From the NCBI GenBank assembly GCA_028292405.1, contig JAQGMJ010000030.1, forward strand, positions 34,039-98,038: 64,000 nt of DNA, written 5' to 3'. This document shows, piece by piece, positions 1 to 9,466 of this stretch; within the stretch, counting starts at the first letter, position 1, and the number at the start of each line of letters is the position of its first letter. The stretch comes from Betaproteobacteria bacterium. Its GTDB lineage: Bacteria; Pseudomonadota; Gammaproteobacteria; Burkholderiales; JAEUOS01. The notes beneath the pieces are model-generated. The model was not told where the DNA came from. It worked only from the letters and a program-made list of their open reading frames with translations, and made no database searches. Both the position numbers and the translations under genes were made by a program.

Positions 1-564
1 GCCGACGTCCTCGACGAACATCATTATCTCGCCGCGCTCGCCGCTGTTGGCGCACAGCGCGCAGCCGTGCACCGCGCCGGCCTGCTTGTAGATCGACTCG
101 TACTTGCGCACGTTGTCCATCACCGCATACAGCACTTCTTCGGAGAGACGGGCGTCCGCAGGGAACGTAACCTGGTCGATTTCTTCCATCAAATCGCCGA
201 ACACCGTGCCCTGGCCGCAGCCGCTGGTCACGGTGCGCTTGCCCAGCTTGTCCTCGATGCCCTTGCGCTCCCAGAAGTCGCCGCTGCGGGTGGTGATGGC
301 GACGCTGTCGGTCTCCCAATCCACCTGCACTGCCGCCAACTCTTCGACCGAGCGCAGCAGGCGCTGGTTGCGCAGGTAGCCGATGGCCAGCGCCTCCGGG
401 GCGCCACCCAGGGTCATCAGCGTGACCAGTTCGCGCTTGTCCAGGTAGAGGGTGAGCGGGTGTTCGCCGGCGATCGGCGTGGGCACCACTTCGCCGCGCT
501 CGTTGATGGCGTCGACTTCGTAGGTGGCCGGGCGGGCGGCATTGGTCAGGGCAGGGCGCTGCAT
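1..564 (-). CDS. fdhD: Formate dehydrogenase accessory sulfurtransferase FdhD, N-terminal ~188 aa (C-terminus lies beyond the window edge)
   Basis: My own reverse translation from the ATG at 564 gives MQRPALTNAARPATYEVDAINERGE...TVTSGCGQGTVFGDLM...AGAVHGCALC...MFVEDVG. This follows the FdhD layout. It is absent from the ORF track because it runs off the edge. The + strand ORF 67..651 is its antisense shadow. Confidence 0.7.
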   Translation of the reverse strand, partial: MQRPALTNAARPATYEVDAINERGEVVPTPIAGEHPLTLYLDKRELVTLMTLGGAPEALAIGYLRNQRLLRSVEELAAVQVDWETDSVAITTRSGDFWERKGIEDKLGKRTVTSGCGQGTVFGDLMEEIDQVTFPADARLSEEVLYAVMDNVRKYESIYKQAGAVHGCALCANSGERGEIMMFVEDVG

Positions 565-638
565 GAGCGGATTCTAAACGAGGTTGCGGGTGTCATCGGG
601 CAGTTACACTATGGCCGAGTCAAGAATAAGGAGGAGAC

Positions 639-2327
639 ATGCACGATCTGATCATCCGTGGCGCCACGGTCTACGACGGCCTGGGCAACCTCGGCCGTGC
701 GGCCGACATCGCGGTGGACGGCGGCCGCGTCAGCGCTATCGGCAGTATTTCGGCGAGCGCCCGCGAGAACGTGGACGCGGCCGGCCTGGCGCTGATGCCC
801 GGCATCGTCGACCTGCACACGCATTACGACGCGCAAATCACCTGGGACGCCACCATGTCGCCTTCGCCGGCACTGGGGGTGGCCACGGCGGTGATCGGCA
901 ATTGCGGCTTCGGCGTCGCGCCTTGCCCCGCGCCCTTGCGCGAGGTGATGATGAAAAACCTCTCGGTGGTCGAGGGCATGGACCTGAACGCGCTGCTCTC
1001 GGGTACGCGCTGGGAGTTCGAGACCTTTCCCGAGTACATGGCGCTGCTCAGGCGCATCGGGCCTTACCTGAACACAGCGGTGTTCGCCGGGCATTCGGTG
1101 ATCCGCACGGCCGTGATGGGCGAGGCGGCTTCCGAAAAGGCAGTGCCGAGCAGCGATGAACTGCAGAAGATGCAGGCCCTGGTGCGCGAAGCCATGGGCG
1201 CCGGCGCGATCGGCTTCGCCTCCTCCTTTTCGCCGAACCACAGCGGCTACGGCGGCCGGCCGATGCCCTCTACCATTGCCGGCGAAGACGAACTGCGCGC
1301 GCTCACCGGGGCGATGGGGGAAGCCGGGCGCGGGGTGTTCATGATGGCCACCGGCTCGCGCGCCACGCCTGAGGTGATGGAGGCGATCACGGCGGCCAAC
1401 GGGCGGCCTTCCTACATCTCCACCGTGCTGACCATGTACAACGAGGCGGTGCCGGACCGGGCGCTGACTTATTACGAGGCTTGCGCGGCGGCGCAGCGGC
1501 GCGGGCATGAGGTTCATGTGCTGACTTCCTGCCAGCCGCTGTCTTTCGATTTCACCTTGCTCGACCCTTATCTGCTGCTCAGCCACGGCGCCTTCGACCG
1601 CCTCAAGGGGGCGACGAGCGAAGACCTGATGGCGATCTACGCCGACCCGGCCTTTCGCAACGAATTCCGCGCCAACCTGAAGAATCCCAAGCCGGGCATC
1701 CTGTTCCTCGGCAACTGGGAGCACATGGAACTCTCGGTGGCGGCAACGCCGGAATTCGCCGCGCTGGAAGAGGTGTCGATCGCCGCCATCGCGCGCGGCC
1801 GCGGCCTGGATCCGGTGGACGTGTTTTTCGATATCGCACTGAAGGAAGAACTTGAGACGCACTTCCTCGGCCGCCTGTTCCAGAACTCGGACGTAGGCGT
1901 GGCGCCGCTGCTGAAGCATCCTGCCGGGGTGGTGACGCTGTCGGATGCCGGCGCCCATCTGGTCTACATGTGCGACGCCGGGTTCGGCCTGCACTTTCTC
2001 AAGCACTGGGTGCGCGAGACCGGCACCTTCACGCTGGAGGAAGGCATACGCCGCCTGACGAGTCATCCTGCGCACGCCTTTCGCATCCCGGAGCGCGGCC
2101 GTCTGGTCGTCGGCGCGCCGGCCGACATGCTGCTGTTCGACCCCGCCACCGTTGGCATCTCCAAGCCGCGCGCGCAGCGCGACCTGCCCGGCGGCGGTTC
2201 GCGCATGGTGCGCGACGCCAGCGGGGTGCATGGGGTATGGGTCAACGGCACGAAGATCCATGATGGAAAAAACTATGTGGAATTGCAGCGCGGACCGGGG
2301 CAGGTGCTGGACCGCTTCGATGTTTGA
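639..2327 (+). CDS. N-acyl-D-amino-acid deacylase (D-aminoacylase) family amidohydrolase
   Basis: 562 aa. The N-terminus DLIIRGATVYDG...DIAVDGGRVSAIG...PGIVDLHTHYD carries the HxH metal motif typical of the family. There is a strong RBS, aaggagg, upstream of the ATG. Confidence 0.8.
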   Translation: MHDLIIRGATVYDGLGNLGRAADIAVDGGRVSAIGSISASARENVDAAGLALMPGIVDLHTHYDAQITWDATMSPSPALGVATAVIGNCGFGVAPCPAPLREVMMKNLSVVEGMDLNALLSGTRWEFETFPEYMALLRRIGPYLNTAVFAGHSVIRTAVMGEAASEKAVPSSDELQKMQALVREAMGAGAIGFASSFSPNHSGYGGRPMPSTIAGEDELRALTGAMGEAGRGVFMMATGSRATPEVMEAITAANGRPSYISTVLTMYNEAVPDRALTYYEACAAAQRRGHEVHVLTSCQPLSFDFTLLDPYLLLSHGAFDRLKGATSEDLMAIYADPAFRNEFRANLKNPKPGILFLGNWEHMELSVAATPEFAALEEVSIAAIARGRGLDPVDVFFDIALKEELETHFLGRLFQNSDVGVAPLLKHPAGVVTLSDAGAHLVYMCDAGFGLHFLKHWVRETGTFTLEEGIRRLTSHPAHAFRIPERGRLVVGAPADMLLFDPATVGISKPRAQRDLPGGGSRMVRDASGVHGVWVNGTKIHDGKNYVELQRGPGQVLDRFDV

Positions 2328-2345
2328 GATGGCAATGGAGCAACA

Positions 2346-3125
2346 ATGAGTTTTGTCCTGGTCGAAAAAGAGGGCGGCGTGGTCACCCTGACCCTGAACG
2401 CGCCGGAGGAGCGCAACGCGCTTTCCACGCCCGGGCAATGGGCCGAAGTGGTTGCCGCCTGCGAGCAGGTGCAGGCCGACATGAGCGTGAAGGCGGTGGT
2501 GCTGACCGGCGCCGGCAGCGCGTTTTGCGCCGGCGGCAATGTGAAGGACATGCGCGACAAGAAGGGCATCGCCTCGGGCAACCCGAACGACATCCGCGAG
2601 GGCTACCGCGCCGGCATTCAGCGCATCCCGCTGGCGTTCTACAAGCTGGATGTGCCGACCATTGCGGCGGTGAACGGCGCGGCCATCGGCGCCGGCTGCG
2701 ACCTGGCCTGCATGTGCGACATCCGCATTGCCTCGGAAAAGGCGAAATTCGCCGAGAGCTTCGTCAAGCTGGGCATCATCCCCGGCGACGGCGGCGCCTG
2801 GCTGTTGCCGCGCGTGGTCGGCATGTCGAAGGCGGCGGAACTCACCTTCACCGGCGACACCATCGACGCGCAAGAGGCGCTGGCCTGCGGCCTGGTGTCG
2901 CGCGTGGTGGCGCCGGAGCAACTGTTGCCGGAGGCGCAGGCATTGGCACGGAAGATTGCCGCCAACCCTGCGCCGGCACTGCGCATGGCCAAGCGCCTGC
3001 TGCGCGAAGGGCAGCACCTGCGGCTCGATTCCCTGCTGGAGATGTCGGCGGCTTTCCAGGCGCTGGCGCACCATACGCCGGAGCACGATGCCGCGCTGGC
3101 GGCGTTTTTGCAGGCGAAGCGTTAG
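2346..3125 (+). CDS. Enoyl-CoA hydratase/isomerase (crotonase) family protein
   Basis: 259 aa with the crotonase motifs GAGSAFCAGGNVKDM and AAVNGAAIGAGCDLACMCDIRIAS. Confidence 0.85.
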   Translation: MSFVLVEKEGGVVTLTLNAPEERNALSTPGQWAEVVAACEQVQADMSVKAVVLTGAGSAFCAGGNVKDMRDKKGIASGNPNDIREGYRAGIQRIPLAFYKLDVPTIAAVNGAAIGAGCDLACMCDIRIASEKAKFAESFVKLGIIPGDGGAWLLPRVVGMSKAAELTFTGDTIDAQEALACGLVSRVVAPEQLLPEAQALARKIAANPAPALRMAKRLLREGQHLRLDSLLEMSAAFQALAHHTPEHDAALAAFLQAKR

Positions 3126-3145
3126 CGACCGGGAGGCATGCGCCT

Positions 3146-4249
3146 TCAGCCGCCGATGTACGACATTTCTATTTTCTTTTCCCGCGCGGTGGCGGCGGTG
3201 CGGACTTCCGAATAGCGATCGTCGCGCCGCTCCCAGATCAGGGCGATGGCGGCGGCGATATCTTCGTCGGTATGGCCGAGCTGCATCAGCGCGCGCAGGT
3301 CGTGGCCGGCGTGGGCAAACAGGCAGGTGTAGAGCTTGCCCTCGACCGAGAGGCGGGCGCGGGTGCAGGTGGAACAAAAGGCCTGGGTGACGCTGGAGAT
3401 GACGCCGATTTCGCCGCTGCCGTCGGTGTAGCGCCAGCGCTCGGCGACTTCGCCGTTGTAATTCGGGTCGATCGGCTCGAGTGGCGCGAAGCGCGAGATG
3501 CGCTCGACCACTTCTTCCGAGGGAACGACGTCGCGCATGCGCCAGCCGTTGGAAGAGCCGACGTCCATGAATTCGATGAAGCGCACGATATGGCCGCTGC
3601 CCTTGAAGTGGCGTGCCATGTCGGCGATGCCGTCGTCGTTGAGGCCGCGCTTGACCACCATGTTGATCTTTACCGGGCCGAAGCCCGCATCCTCGGCCGC
3701 AGCGATGCCGTCGAGCACCCGCGCCACCGGAAAGTCGACGTCGTTCATCGCGCGAAAGACGGCGTCGTCCAGCGAGTCGAGAGAGACGGTCAGGCGTTTC
3801 AGGCCGGCGGCCTTCAGCGAATGCGCCTTTTTCGGCAGCAGCGAGGCATTGGTGGTCAGCGTCAGGTCGATGGCGTCGCCGGCCGGGGTGCGCAGATCAG
3901 AGAGCATCTCGATCAGCGCTTCGATATTCTTGCGCAGCAGCGGTTCGCCGCCGGTCAGGCGGATTTTTTCCGTGCCGTGGGCGACGAACAGGCGTGCCAG
4001 GCGGGTGATTTCCTCGAAGGACAGCACCTCGGAATGCGGCAGGAACTGGTAGCTTTTGTCGAACACCGTTTTCGGCATGCAGTAGGTGCAGCGGAAATTG
4101 CAGCGGTCAGTGACCGAGATGCGCAGGTCATGCAGGCGCCGGCCGCGCGTGTCGGCCAGCAGGCCGCTGGGGGGCGACGCGTCCATGGGTATGGCCGGCA
4201 GGCTTTCCAGCTGCCGGTAGTCTGCGATCGGAATAACCCTGCTGCTCAC
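3146..4249 (-). CDS. moaA: GTP 3',8-cyclase MoaA (molybdenum cofactor biosynthesis, radical SAM)
   Basis: 367 aa with the radical-SAM motif [10 protein letters not shown] and a C-terminal [10 protein letters not shown] cluster. The start is a GTG at 4249; an internal ATG (..PMDASPP..) is an alternative start. Confidence 0.9.
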   Translation of the reverse strand: MSSRVIPIADYRQLESLPAIPMDASPPSGLLADTRGRRLHDLRISVTDRCNFRCTYCMPKTVFDKSYQFLPHSEVLSFEEITRLARLFVAHGTEKIRLTGGEPLLRKNIEALIEMLSDLRTPAGDAIDLTLTTNASLLPKKAHSLKAAGLKRLTVSLDSLDDAVFRAMNDVDFPVARVLDGIAAAEDAGFGPVKINMVVKRGLNDDGIADMARHFKGSGHIVRFIEFMDVGSSNGWRMRDVVPSEEVVERISRFAPLEPIDPNYNGEVAERWRYTDGSGEIGVISSVTQAFCSTCTRARLSVEGKLYTCLFAHAGHDLRALMQLGHTDEDIAAAIALIWERRDDRYSEVRTAATAREKKIEMSYIGG

Positions 4250-4271
4250 GGGGAATAGGCCTTAGAGGGTT

Positions 4272-4300
4272 TTGCTATTGTCCAGGGTAGATAATAGCAA
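4272..4300. promoter_or_regulatory. Inverted repeat TTGCTATT-N13-AATAGCAA in the moaA/sodC divergent region, a candidate operator with ModE-like architecture
   Basis: Perfect 8-bp arms read directly from the sequence, about 25-50 nt upstream of the moaA start. The inner pattern GCTATTAT-N9-ACAATAGC resembles the E. coli ModE operator CGTTATAT-N8-ACATAACG as I remember it. Confidence 0.3.
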
Positions 4301-4456
4301 AGGAGAATTTTGCAAGTCATTGATGTATCTGAATTTAGGCGCAGACAATGTTTCGCCATGAACTCCAGCGGCCAGGTAAAGTCTCATTCCGGAGCCAAGG
4401 GCGGCACCATGGCAGTTGCAGTGTCACTAAAACGAAACACGACGGAAGGAATCCGC

Positions 4457-4987
4457 ATGAAACTCACTATTAGGGCGCTGGCCCTGGTCTCTTTGCTGGT
4501 GGCAGGTTGTGTATCGAATACCGGCGGCATCGGACGCGGCGCGGTGGCTACCGCGATCCTGGCGCCGAAAAGCGGCAGTACCACTACCGGCACTGTCAGT
4601 TTCAGCCCGCGTGGTGCGGACGCGGTGCGGGTGACGGTCGACATCACCGGACTGAAGCCTAATGCGGAGCACGGTTTTCACGTCCATGAGCGCGGCGACT
4701 GCAGCGCGCCGGACGCGATGAGCGCCGGCGGGCACTTCAACCCCATGGGCAAGAAGCATGGCGGCATGATGGGAGAGCACCACGCCGGCGACATTCCCAA
4801 CCTCAAGTCCGATGCGGAAGGGCGGGTGCGGGGCAGCTTCGAGGTAATGGGCATGAGCGTCGAAGCGGGGCCTGCCGATATCATCGGCAAGGCGCTGGTG
4901 GTGCACCGCGACCGCGACGATTACAAGAGCCAGCCGGCGGGGGATTCCGGCCCGCGCATCGCCTGCGGCGTGATCAATCGTCTCTAA
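4457..4987 (+). CDS. sodC: Cu,Zn superoxide dismutase SodC, lipoprotein form
   Basis: Cu/Zn ligand motifs HGFHVHERGDC and GGHFNP..HAGD are present. The likely true start is the ATG at 4457, which has RBS ggaagga and is followed by the lipobox LLVAGC. The track ORF 4310..4987 is an upstream extension. Confidence 0.9.
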   Translation: MKLTIRALALVSLLVAGCVSNTGGIGRGAVATAILAPKSGSTTTGTVSFSPRGADAVRVTVDITGLKPNAEHGFHVHERGDCSAPDAMSAGGHFNPMGKKHGGMMGEHHAGDIPNLKSDAEGRVRGSFEVMGMSVEAGPADIIGKALVVHRDRDDYKSQPAGDSGPRIACGVINRL

Positions 4988-5003
4988 GGATGCGCCATAC
5001 AGC

Positions 5004-5032
5004 AAAAAAGCCGCCTTTGCGCGGCTTTTTTT
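5004..5032 (+). terminator. Rho-independent terminator after sodC
   Basis: aaaaaaGCCGCctttgcGCGGCttttttt: a GC stem flanked by an A-run and a T-run. Confidence 0.7.
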
Positions 5033-5115
5033 GCATGCGGCCGGCTTGCATATGCCCGGGTCATCTGGGTTAGAATACGCTATAGATTGTAGTGCTCACC
5101 GGGGGTACCCACGAT

Positions 5116-5298
5116 ATGTACGAATCTGAACACACCCGCTTCATGCGCGAGCTGTTCGAAAAAAAGCCCGCGCTGGCCGACGAGCAGAAGAAGGGCCGCG
5201 CCATTTGGTGGGACCGCCAGCTTGACCTGGACCAGGAAAAGCGCGACGCGCAATCGCGCGTGGCGCAAACCGCCTACGTCTACCAGACCAAGGTTTAA
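5116..5298 (+). CDS. DUF3460 family small protein
   Basis: 60 aa, MYESEHTRFMRELFEKKPALADEQKKGRAIWWD...AYVYQTKV. It matches the DUF3460 pattern as I recall it and sits in the usual position just upstream of scpA in Burkholderiales. Confidence 0.65.
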   Translation: MYESEHTRFMRELFEKKPALADEQKKGRAIWWDRQLDLDQEKRDAQSRVAQTAYVYQTKV

Positions 5299-5301
5299 GG
5301 C

Positions 5302-6147
5302 GTGAGCGAGACCATCGCGCTGCCCGAGGCGCAGGACGAGCAGGCCAGCTTCGGGGCGGACGCCGCCGAGCCGCTGGCCAGGCTGTATGGCCAGCCGGTG
5401 CTGGCGATGCCACGGGACCTGTATATCCCGCCGGACGCGCTCGAAGTCTTTCTCGAAGAGACCTTCGAAGGCCCGCTGGACCTGTTGCTGTACCTGATCC
5501 GCAAGCAGAACTTCAACATCCTCGACATTCCGATGGCCGAGGTGACCCACCAGTACCTCGCGTATGTCGAGGAAATCCGCGACCATAACCTCGAACTCGC
5601 CGCCGAATACCTGCTGATGGCGGCGATGCTGATCGAGATCAAGTCGCGCATGCTGCTGCCGGTAAAGAAAAGCGACGAGACCGGCGAGGTCGAAGACCCG
5701 CGCGCCGAGTTGGTGCGCCGCCTGCTGGAGTACGAGCGCATCAAGGAAGGCGCGCGCAAGCTGGAAACCGTACCGGTGGTGGGCCGCGACTTCTGGCCGG
5801 TGCAGACGGCGATGGACGCCAGCTTCGAAGTGGCGCTGCCGGACATCAACCCGGTCGACCTGCGCCTGGCCTGGCTGGACGTGGTCAAGCGCGCCAAGCT
5901 GAGCCAGCACCACCGCATCGGCCGCGCGGAGCTGTCGGTGCGCGAGCACATGAGCCTGGTGCTGCGCAAGCTGCAGGGCCAACGCTTCATGGAGTTTGCC
6001 GACCTGTTCGACGGCATTCCCAGCATGCAGGTGGCGGTGGTGCATTTCCTGGCGCTGCTGGAACTGACGCGCGAGGGGCTGGTGGACATTACCCAGGCAG
6101 AACCTTATGCGCCGATCTACGTGCGCCTGGCTTATACGACGGCCTGA
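5302..6147 (+). CDS. scpA: Segregation and condensation protein A (ScpA kleisin)
   Basis: 281 aa with the characteristic FEGPLDLLLYLIRKQNFNILDIPMAEVTHQYLAYV. Confidence 0.9.
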   Translation: MSETIALPEAQDEQASFGADAAEPLARLYGQPVLAMPRDLYIPPDALEVFLEETFEGPLDLLLYLIRKQNFNILDIPMAEVTHQYLAYVEEIRDHNLELAAEYLLMAAMLIEIKSRMLLPVKKSDETGEVEDPRAELVRRLLEYERIKEGARKLETVPVVGRDFWPVQTAMDASFEVALPDINPVDLRLAWLDVVKRAKLSQHHRIGRAELSVREHMSLVLRKLQGQRFMEFADLFDGIPSMQVAVVHFLALLELTREGLVDITQAEPYAPIYVRLAYTTA

Positions 6148-6162
6148 AGCAGGTATCCAAAT

Positions 6163-6199
6163 AAAAACCGCGCCGGGTGGTAGACCCGGCGCGGTTTTT
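6163..6199. terminator. Bidirectional rho-independent terminator between convergent scpA and the DUF1116 gene
   Basis: aaaaaCCGCGCCGGGtggtagaCCCGGCGCGGttttt: a 10-bp GC stem with an A-run on one side and a T-run on the other. Confidence 0.75.
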
Positions 6200-6228
6200 A
6201 TTTGGCCGTGAGCGTATTTCCTCAGTGC

Positions 6229-7686
6229 TCAGGCAACCCCGTACTTCTCCGCCAGCGCTTCCAGTGCATTGACGTAGCAGCCCATTGGCACCCGCACGAT
6301 GCCGGCGCCGATCTGCCCGACGCCTGCTTCCTTGTGGGCGATGCCGGTGGTAACGACAGGACGGATGCCGGTATCGACCACCTTGCGCACGTCGATGCCG
6401 GTGGGCGCGCCGTCGAACTCCAGGTTGGGCAGCGACAGCGCCGGGTTCTTGGTGGTGGTGATGTTGTACATCAGCCGCGAATAGTTCGTGGCGTCGGCCA
6501 CCGTGCCGCCCACCAGCAGGGTCAGGGCAGGGGAGGCGGCGAGCGAAAAGCCGCCATAGCCGGCGGTCTCGCAGATGGCCGAGTCGCCCAGGTCAGGGTT
6601 GGCGTCTTCCTGCTCGAAGCCGGGGAAGAACAGGCCGACCGGGTTGTCCGAAGGGGCCTGGAACCAGGCCTTGCCCAGGCTGGAAACGCGCAGGCCCGTG
6701 GTGGTGCCGTTGCGCGCGGTGGCGGTGACGATGCTCGAATATTCGATGCCGTGGGCGGCATCCATGATGGCCTTGGATGCGACCATCGAGAAATTGAGGA
6801 AGAACTGCGACGTGCGGGCGATGAAGTCCAGGCATTCCTTGATATTTGCCTGCGGCACGTCGGTGGCGACCAGGGCCGGCGCCAATTGCATGAAGTAGAG
6901 CGCGGTGGCGGCGGCATTGCGCGAGTGCACCTCGTCGCCCATCAGGAGCGCCTGGGCCTGGATGCTTTTCAGGTCGACGCCGCCTTCCTTGCCGTCCACG
7001 GCGTAGCGCGTGGCCGCCTTCAGGGCCGGCGCCAGCACGTTGGCGAACCACTTCAGGCGCGTCAGCACTTCCGGGCTGTTGGCACCGAAGCGCAGGCATT
7101 TGCCGATGCCTTCGTTGAAGTTGGTGTAGGCGACGTTGCCATGAGTGGTGTTATGGACCACGTATATCGGCATCGAGGCGGAGGTGATGCCGGTCATCGG
7201 GCACACGGCCTTGAAGTCGTGGCACTGGGCGAACCTGATCTCGCCTTTTTGCAGCATCGCCTCGGCCTTCTCATGCGTGTCGGCCCAGCCTTCGTAGAGT
7301 ACGGCGCCGATCATCGCGCCGTGCATCGGCCCGCACATGTCTTCCCAAGCCACCGGCGCGCCGGCGTGCAGCAGGATGCGCTCTCCCTTCATTTCGGGCC
7401 AGACGCCGTCGGCGCGCAGGGCGACATCGACCAACATCGGCCGGCTGGAGATGATTTTTTCGCAGGCCAGCTTGTTGGCGGCGTCGATCTTGCTGCCCAG
7501 GCTCTGCGGGTCGGAGGCGTCGCCCATCAGTTGCGCCAGCTTCCAGGCCAGTGCGGGGTCGGCATTGCCCGGCGGCTGCCAGTCGAGCTGCAGGGCGGCG
7601 CCGCCGTTGCCGGTGACGCTGTCGTTGAAGGATTCCAGGCCCAGGTTGAGCACCTGGGGCGCGCTGTCGAGGAGGGTGGAAGGCAT
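6229..7686 (-). CDS. DUF1116 (YlbE-like) protein of the FdrA cluster
   Basis: 485 aa. It is the last gene of a four-gene minus-strand operon whose members are the same families as E. coli fdrA-ylbE-ylbF-ybcF. The family assignment is from memory of YlbE-like sequences. Confidence 0.7.
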   Translation of the reverse strand: MPSTLLDSAPQVLNLGLESFNDSVTGNGGAALQLDWQPPGNADPALAWKLAQLMGDASDPQSLGSKIDAANKLACEKIISSRPMLVDVALRADGVWPEMKGERILLHAGAPVAWEDMCGPMHGAMIGAVLYEGWADTHEKAEAMLQKGEIRFAQCHDFKAVCPMTGITSASMPIYVVHNTTHGNVAYTNFNEGIGKCLRFGANSPEVLTRLKWFANVLAPALKAATRYAVDGKEGGVDLKSIQAQALLMGDEVHSRNAAATALYFMQLAPALVATDVPQANIKECLDFIARTSQFFLNFSMVASKAIMDAAHGIEYSSIVTATARNGTTTGLRVSSLGKAWFQAPSDNPVGLFFPGFEQEDANPDLGDSAICETAGYGGFSLAASPALTLLVGGTVADATNYSRLMYNITTTKNPALSLPNLEFDGAPTGIDVRKVVDTGIRPVVTTGIAHKEAGVGQIGAGIVRVPMGCYVNALEALAEKYGVA

Positions 7687-7698
7687 GACGAAACTCTT

Positions 7699-8502
7699 TC
7701 AGTTCAAGGGGTGTTGCAGCTTGCCGGTGGCGGCGGCGATCATGCCGCAAAGCATATCCCAGCCGGAGGAGTGGCCGATGGCGGTAAGGCGGCGCGCCGG
7801 TTCCAGCATGGCGGTCGCGTCCGCGGCGCCAATCAGGTCATGCAACGGCGCGAAGCTTTCGCCGCCGGCCAGATCATCAAACAGCGCGGCGCTGATGGCG
7901 TGGGTGCGGGTGCGCGTGGCGGCTGTGAGTGCCTGGACGGCCTCGCGCCAACGCGCATTGTCGATGCCCAAATGATGCAGGGTGAACAGGGCGGCGCCGA
8001 CGAAGTCGTCTCCCGAAGGTGTCAATCCGCCGCCGACCCCCAGCAGGCGCAGGGCCGCCTCGGCGAATGTCTCGGCGTCATCGGCGCCAGCCGCTGCGGC
8101 CAGCGCGTTTGCGGCATCGACGCGGCGGTCCAGCGGAAAGGGCGGCAAGGCGCCGACCAGCAGTTGCCCGAAGCCGCGCGGCTCGCCCAGTTCACGGCAG
8201 CGGTGCGCCAATTCAGCAAAGCGCTGCGCGGTAGCGGCGCGGTCCAGGTTCGCGCGGGCGTGGAGGGAAGCGGGAACGGGATGCATGCTATCCCACGCCA
8301 GGCGCATCTGCTGCGCCGGCGCATCGACAAACACCGCGCGCGGATGCGCCTCGCCGCGCATGCCGACCCAGACGATGTTTTCGCCGGCATAGCGGTAGGG
8401 CGTTTCGGTGAAGCCGGGGATCAGGCGTAGAGCGCCGCCGCTTTGGGCCAGCGCGGCGGCGGCGCGTGCGCCGAGGGCGACGATGTTCGGCGCCTCAGGC
8501 AT
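7699..8502 (-). CDS. DUF2877 (YlbF-like) protein
   Basis: The likely start is the ATG at 8502 (MPEAPNIVALGARAA...). It overlaps the carbamate kinase stop in ATGCCTGA. The longer track ORF, reaching 8610, would overlap the kinase by more than 100 nt. Confidence 0.65.
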   Translation of the reverse strand: MPEAPNIVALGARAAAALAQSGGALRLIPGFTETPYRYAGENIVWVGMRGEAHPRAVFVDAPAQQMRLAWDSMHPVPASLHARANLDRAATAQRFAELAHRCRELGEPRGFGQLLVGALPPFPLDRRVDAANALAAAAGADDAETFAEAALRLLGVGGGLTPSGDDFVGAALFTLHHLGIDNARWREAVQALTAATRTRTHAISAALFDDLAGGESFAPLHDLIGAADATAMLEPARRLTAIGHSSGWDMLCGMIAAATGKLQHPLN

Positions 8503-9466
8503 CGCGGACGATCCGGGTGCCGGCGCTGCCGGTGAGCGCGTCGAAGGCCCGCTCCAGCGAGGTGATGACCACCATGCCGTCGTAGTCGTGCAGGTAGTTG
8601 AGCGCGGCATCGATTTTCGGGCCCATGTTGCCGGGGGGGAACTGGCCGTCCTTGTGATGTTGCCGCGCTTCGCTGGCTGTCAGTTGTGCCACCGCGCGCT
8701 GCGTTGGCTTGCCGAAGTCCAGCGCCACCTGTTCCACGCCGGTGAGCATGATGAAGGCCGCCGCCCCCAGGCGCGCGGCGAGCATGGCGGAGGTGAGGTC
8801 CTTGTCGATCACCGCCGGTACGCCCTTGTAGTCGCCATCGAGATTGCGGATCACCGGAATGCCGCCACCGCCAGCGGCGATCGGGATCAGCCCGGCGGCG
8901 AGCAGGGCTTCGATGGCCGGCAGGTCGAGAATCTCCATCGGCTGCGGCGAGGGCACGACCCGGCGCCAGCCGCGCCCGGAGTCTTCGATGAAGTCCCAGC
9001 CGGTTTCCTGCCCCAGGCGTTTCGCGTCGGCCTCGGAGAAGAACTTGCCCACCGGCTTGGTGGGATTGGCGAAAGCCGGGTCTTTCGGATCGACTTCCAC
9101 TTCGGTCAGTACCGCCGCGACGCTGGCGTGGCAGCCGCGCTTGCGCATCACGTTCTGAAAACTCTGCTCCAGCATATAACCCATGCCGCCTTGCGAATGC
9201 GCGACGCACACGTCCATCGGCATCGGCGGCAATTCCACCGCCGTCTTCGCCATGCGAAACAAAATGTTGCCTACCACCGGGCCATTGCCGTGGGTGATGA
9301 CCAACTGGTAGCCGGCGTTGATCATGCGCACGAAGTGTTCGCATAGGCCCTCCATTACCTCCAGTTGCTCTTCGGCCGTGCCGCGGATGGTCGGCGGGTA
9401 GGCGGCATTGCCGCCGAGGGCCACGACGACGCGCTTGCCGTTGTTGGCCGCCGCGACGGGACCCAT
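8495..9466 (-). CDS. arcC: Carbamate kinase
   Basis: 323 aa with the motifs KRVVVALGGNA and VITHGNGPVVG plus a C-terminal amino-acid-kinase fold pattern. Its ATG immediately follows the fdrA stop (TAG-ATG). Confidence 0.9.
   Translation of the reverse strand: MGPVAAANNGKRVVVALGGNAAYPPTIRGTAEEQLEVMEGLCEHFVRMINAGYQLVITHGNGPVVGNILFRMAKTAVELPPMPMDVCVAHSQGGMGYMLEQSFQNVMRKRGCHASVAAVLTEVEVDPKDPAFANPTKPVGKFFSEADAKRLGQETGWDFIEDSGRGWRRVVPSPQPMEILDLPAIEALLAAGLIPIAAGGGGIPVIRNLDGDYKGVPAVIDKDLTSAMLAARLGAAAFIMLTGVEQVALDFGKPTQRAVAQLTASEARQHHKDGQFPPGNMGPKIDAALNYLHDYDGMVVITSLERAFDALTGSAGTRIVRDA

Noticed and set aside
609-3377. Very long ORFs antisense to, or out of frame with, recognisable genes. Examples are 609..3377(-) 922 aa, 2324..4258(+), 6202..8430(+), 8421..10142(-), 12240..14576(-), 27154..29142(-), 37815..39374(-), 41757..43352(-), 43498..45270(-), 56096..57835(-) and many shorter ones.
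   Set aside because: Their translations are Arg/Ala/Gly/Pro/His-rich low-complexity strings with no family motifs. Each overlaps a gene with clear homology-type motifs on the other strand or frame. Long stop-free antisense frames are expected in ~65% G+C DNA.
4250-4400. A Moco riboswitch in the moaA 5' region.
   Set aside because: I could not recognise the conserved Moco-motif core in the reverse-complemented leader. Only a simple inverted repeat is evident. An Infernal scan would be needed to exclude it formally.
4310-4456. N-terminal extensions given by the longest-ORF track for many genes: sodC 4310, fabI to 12709, SBP 12552, permease 14672, Bug 19291 and 40085, KdoO-like to 21971, aldehyde DH 22696, IclR to 27323, AKR 51452, SBP3 to 53436, radA 60480, lipoprotein to 62552.
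   Set aside because: Internal start codons with better RBS, signal peptides or lipoboxes, and alignment with the expected family N-termini, give shorter genes. The extensions overlap neighbouring genes or have antisense-like composition.
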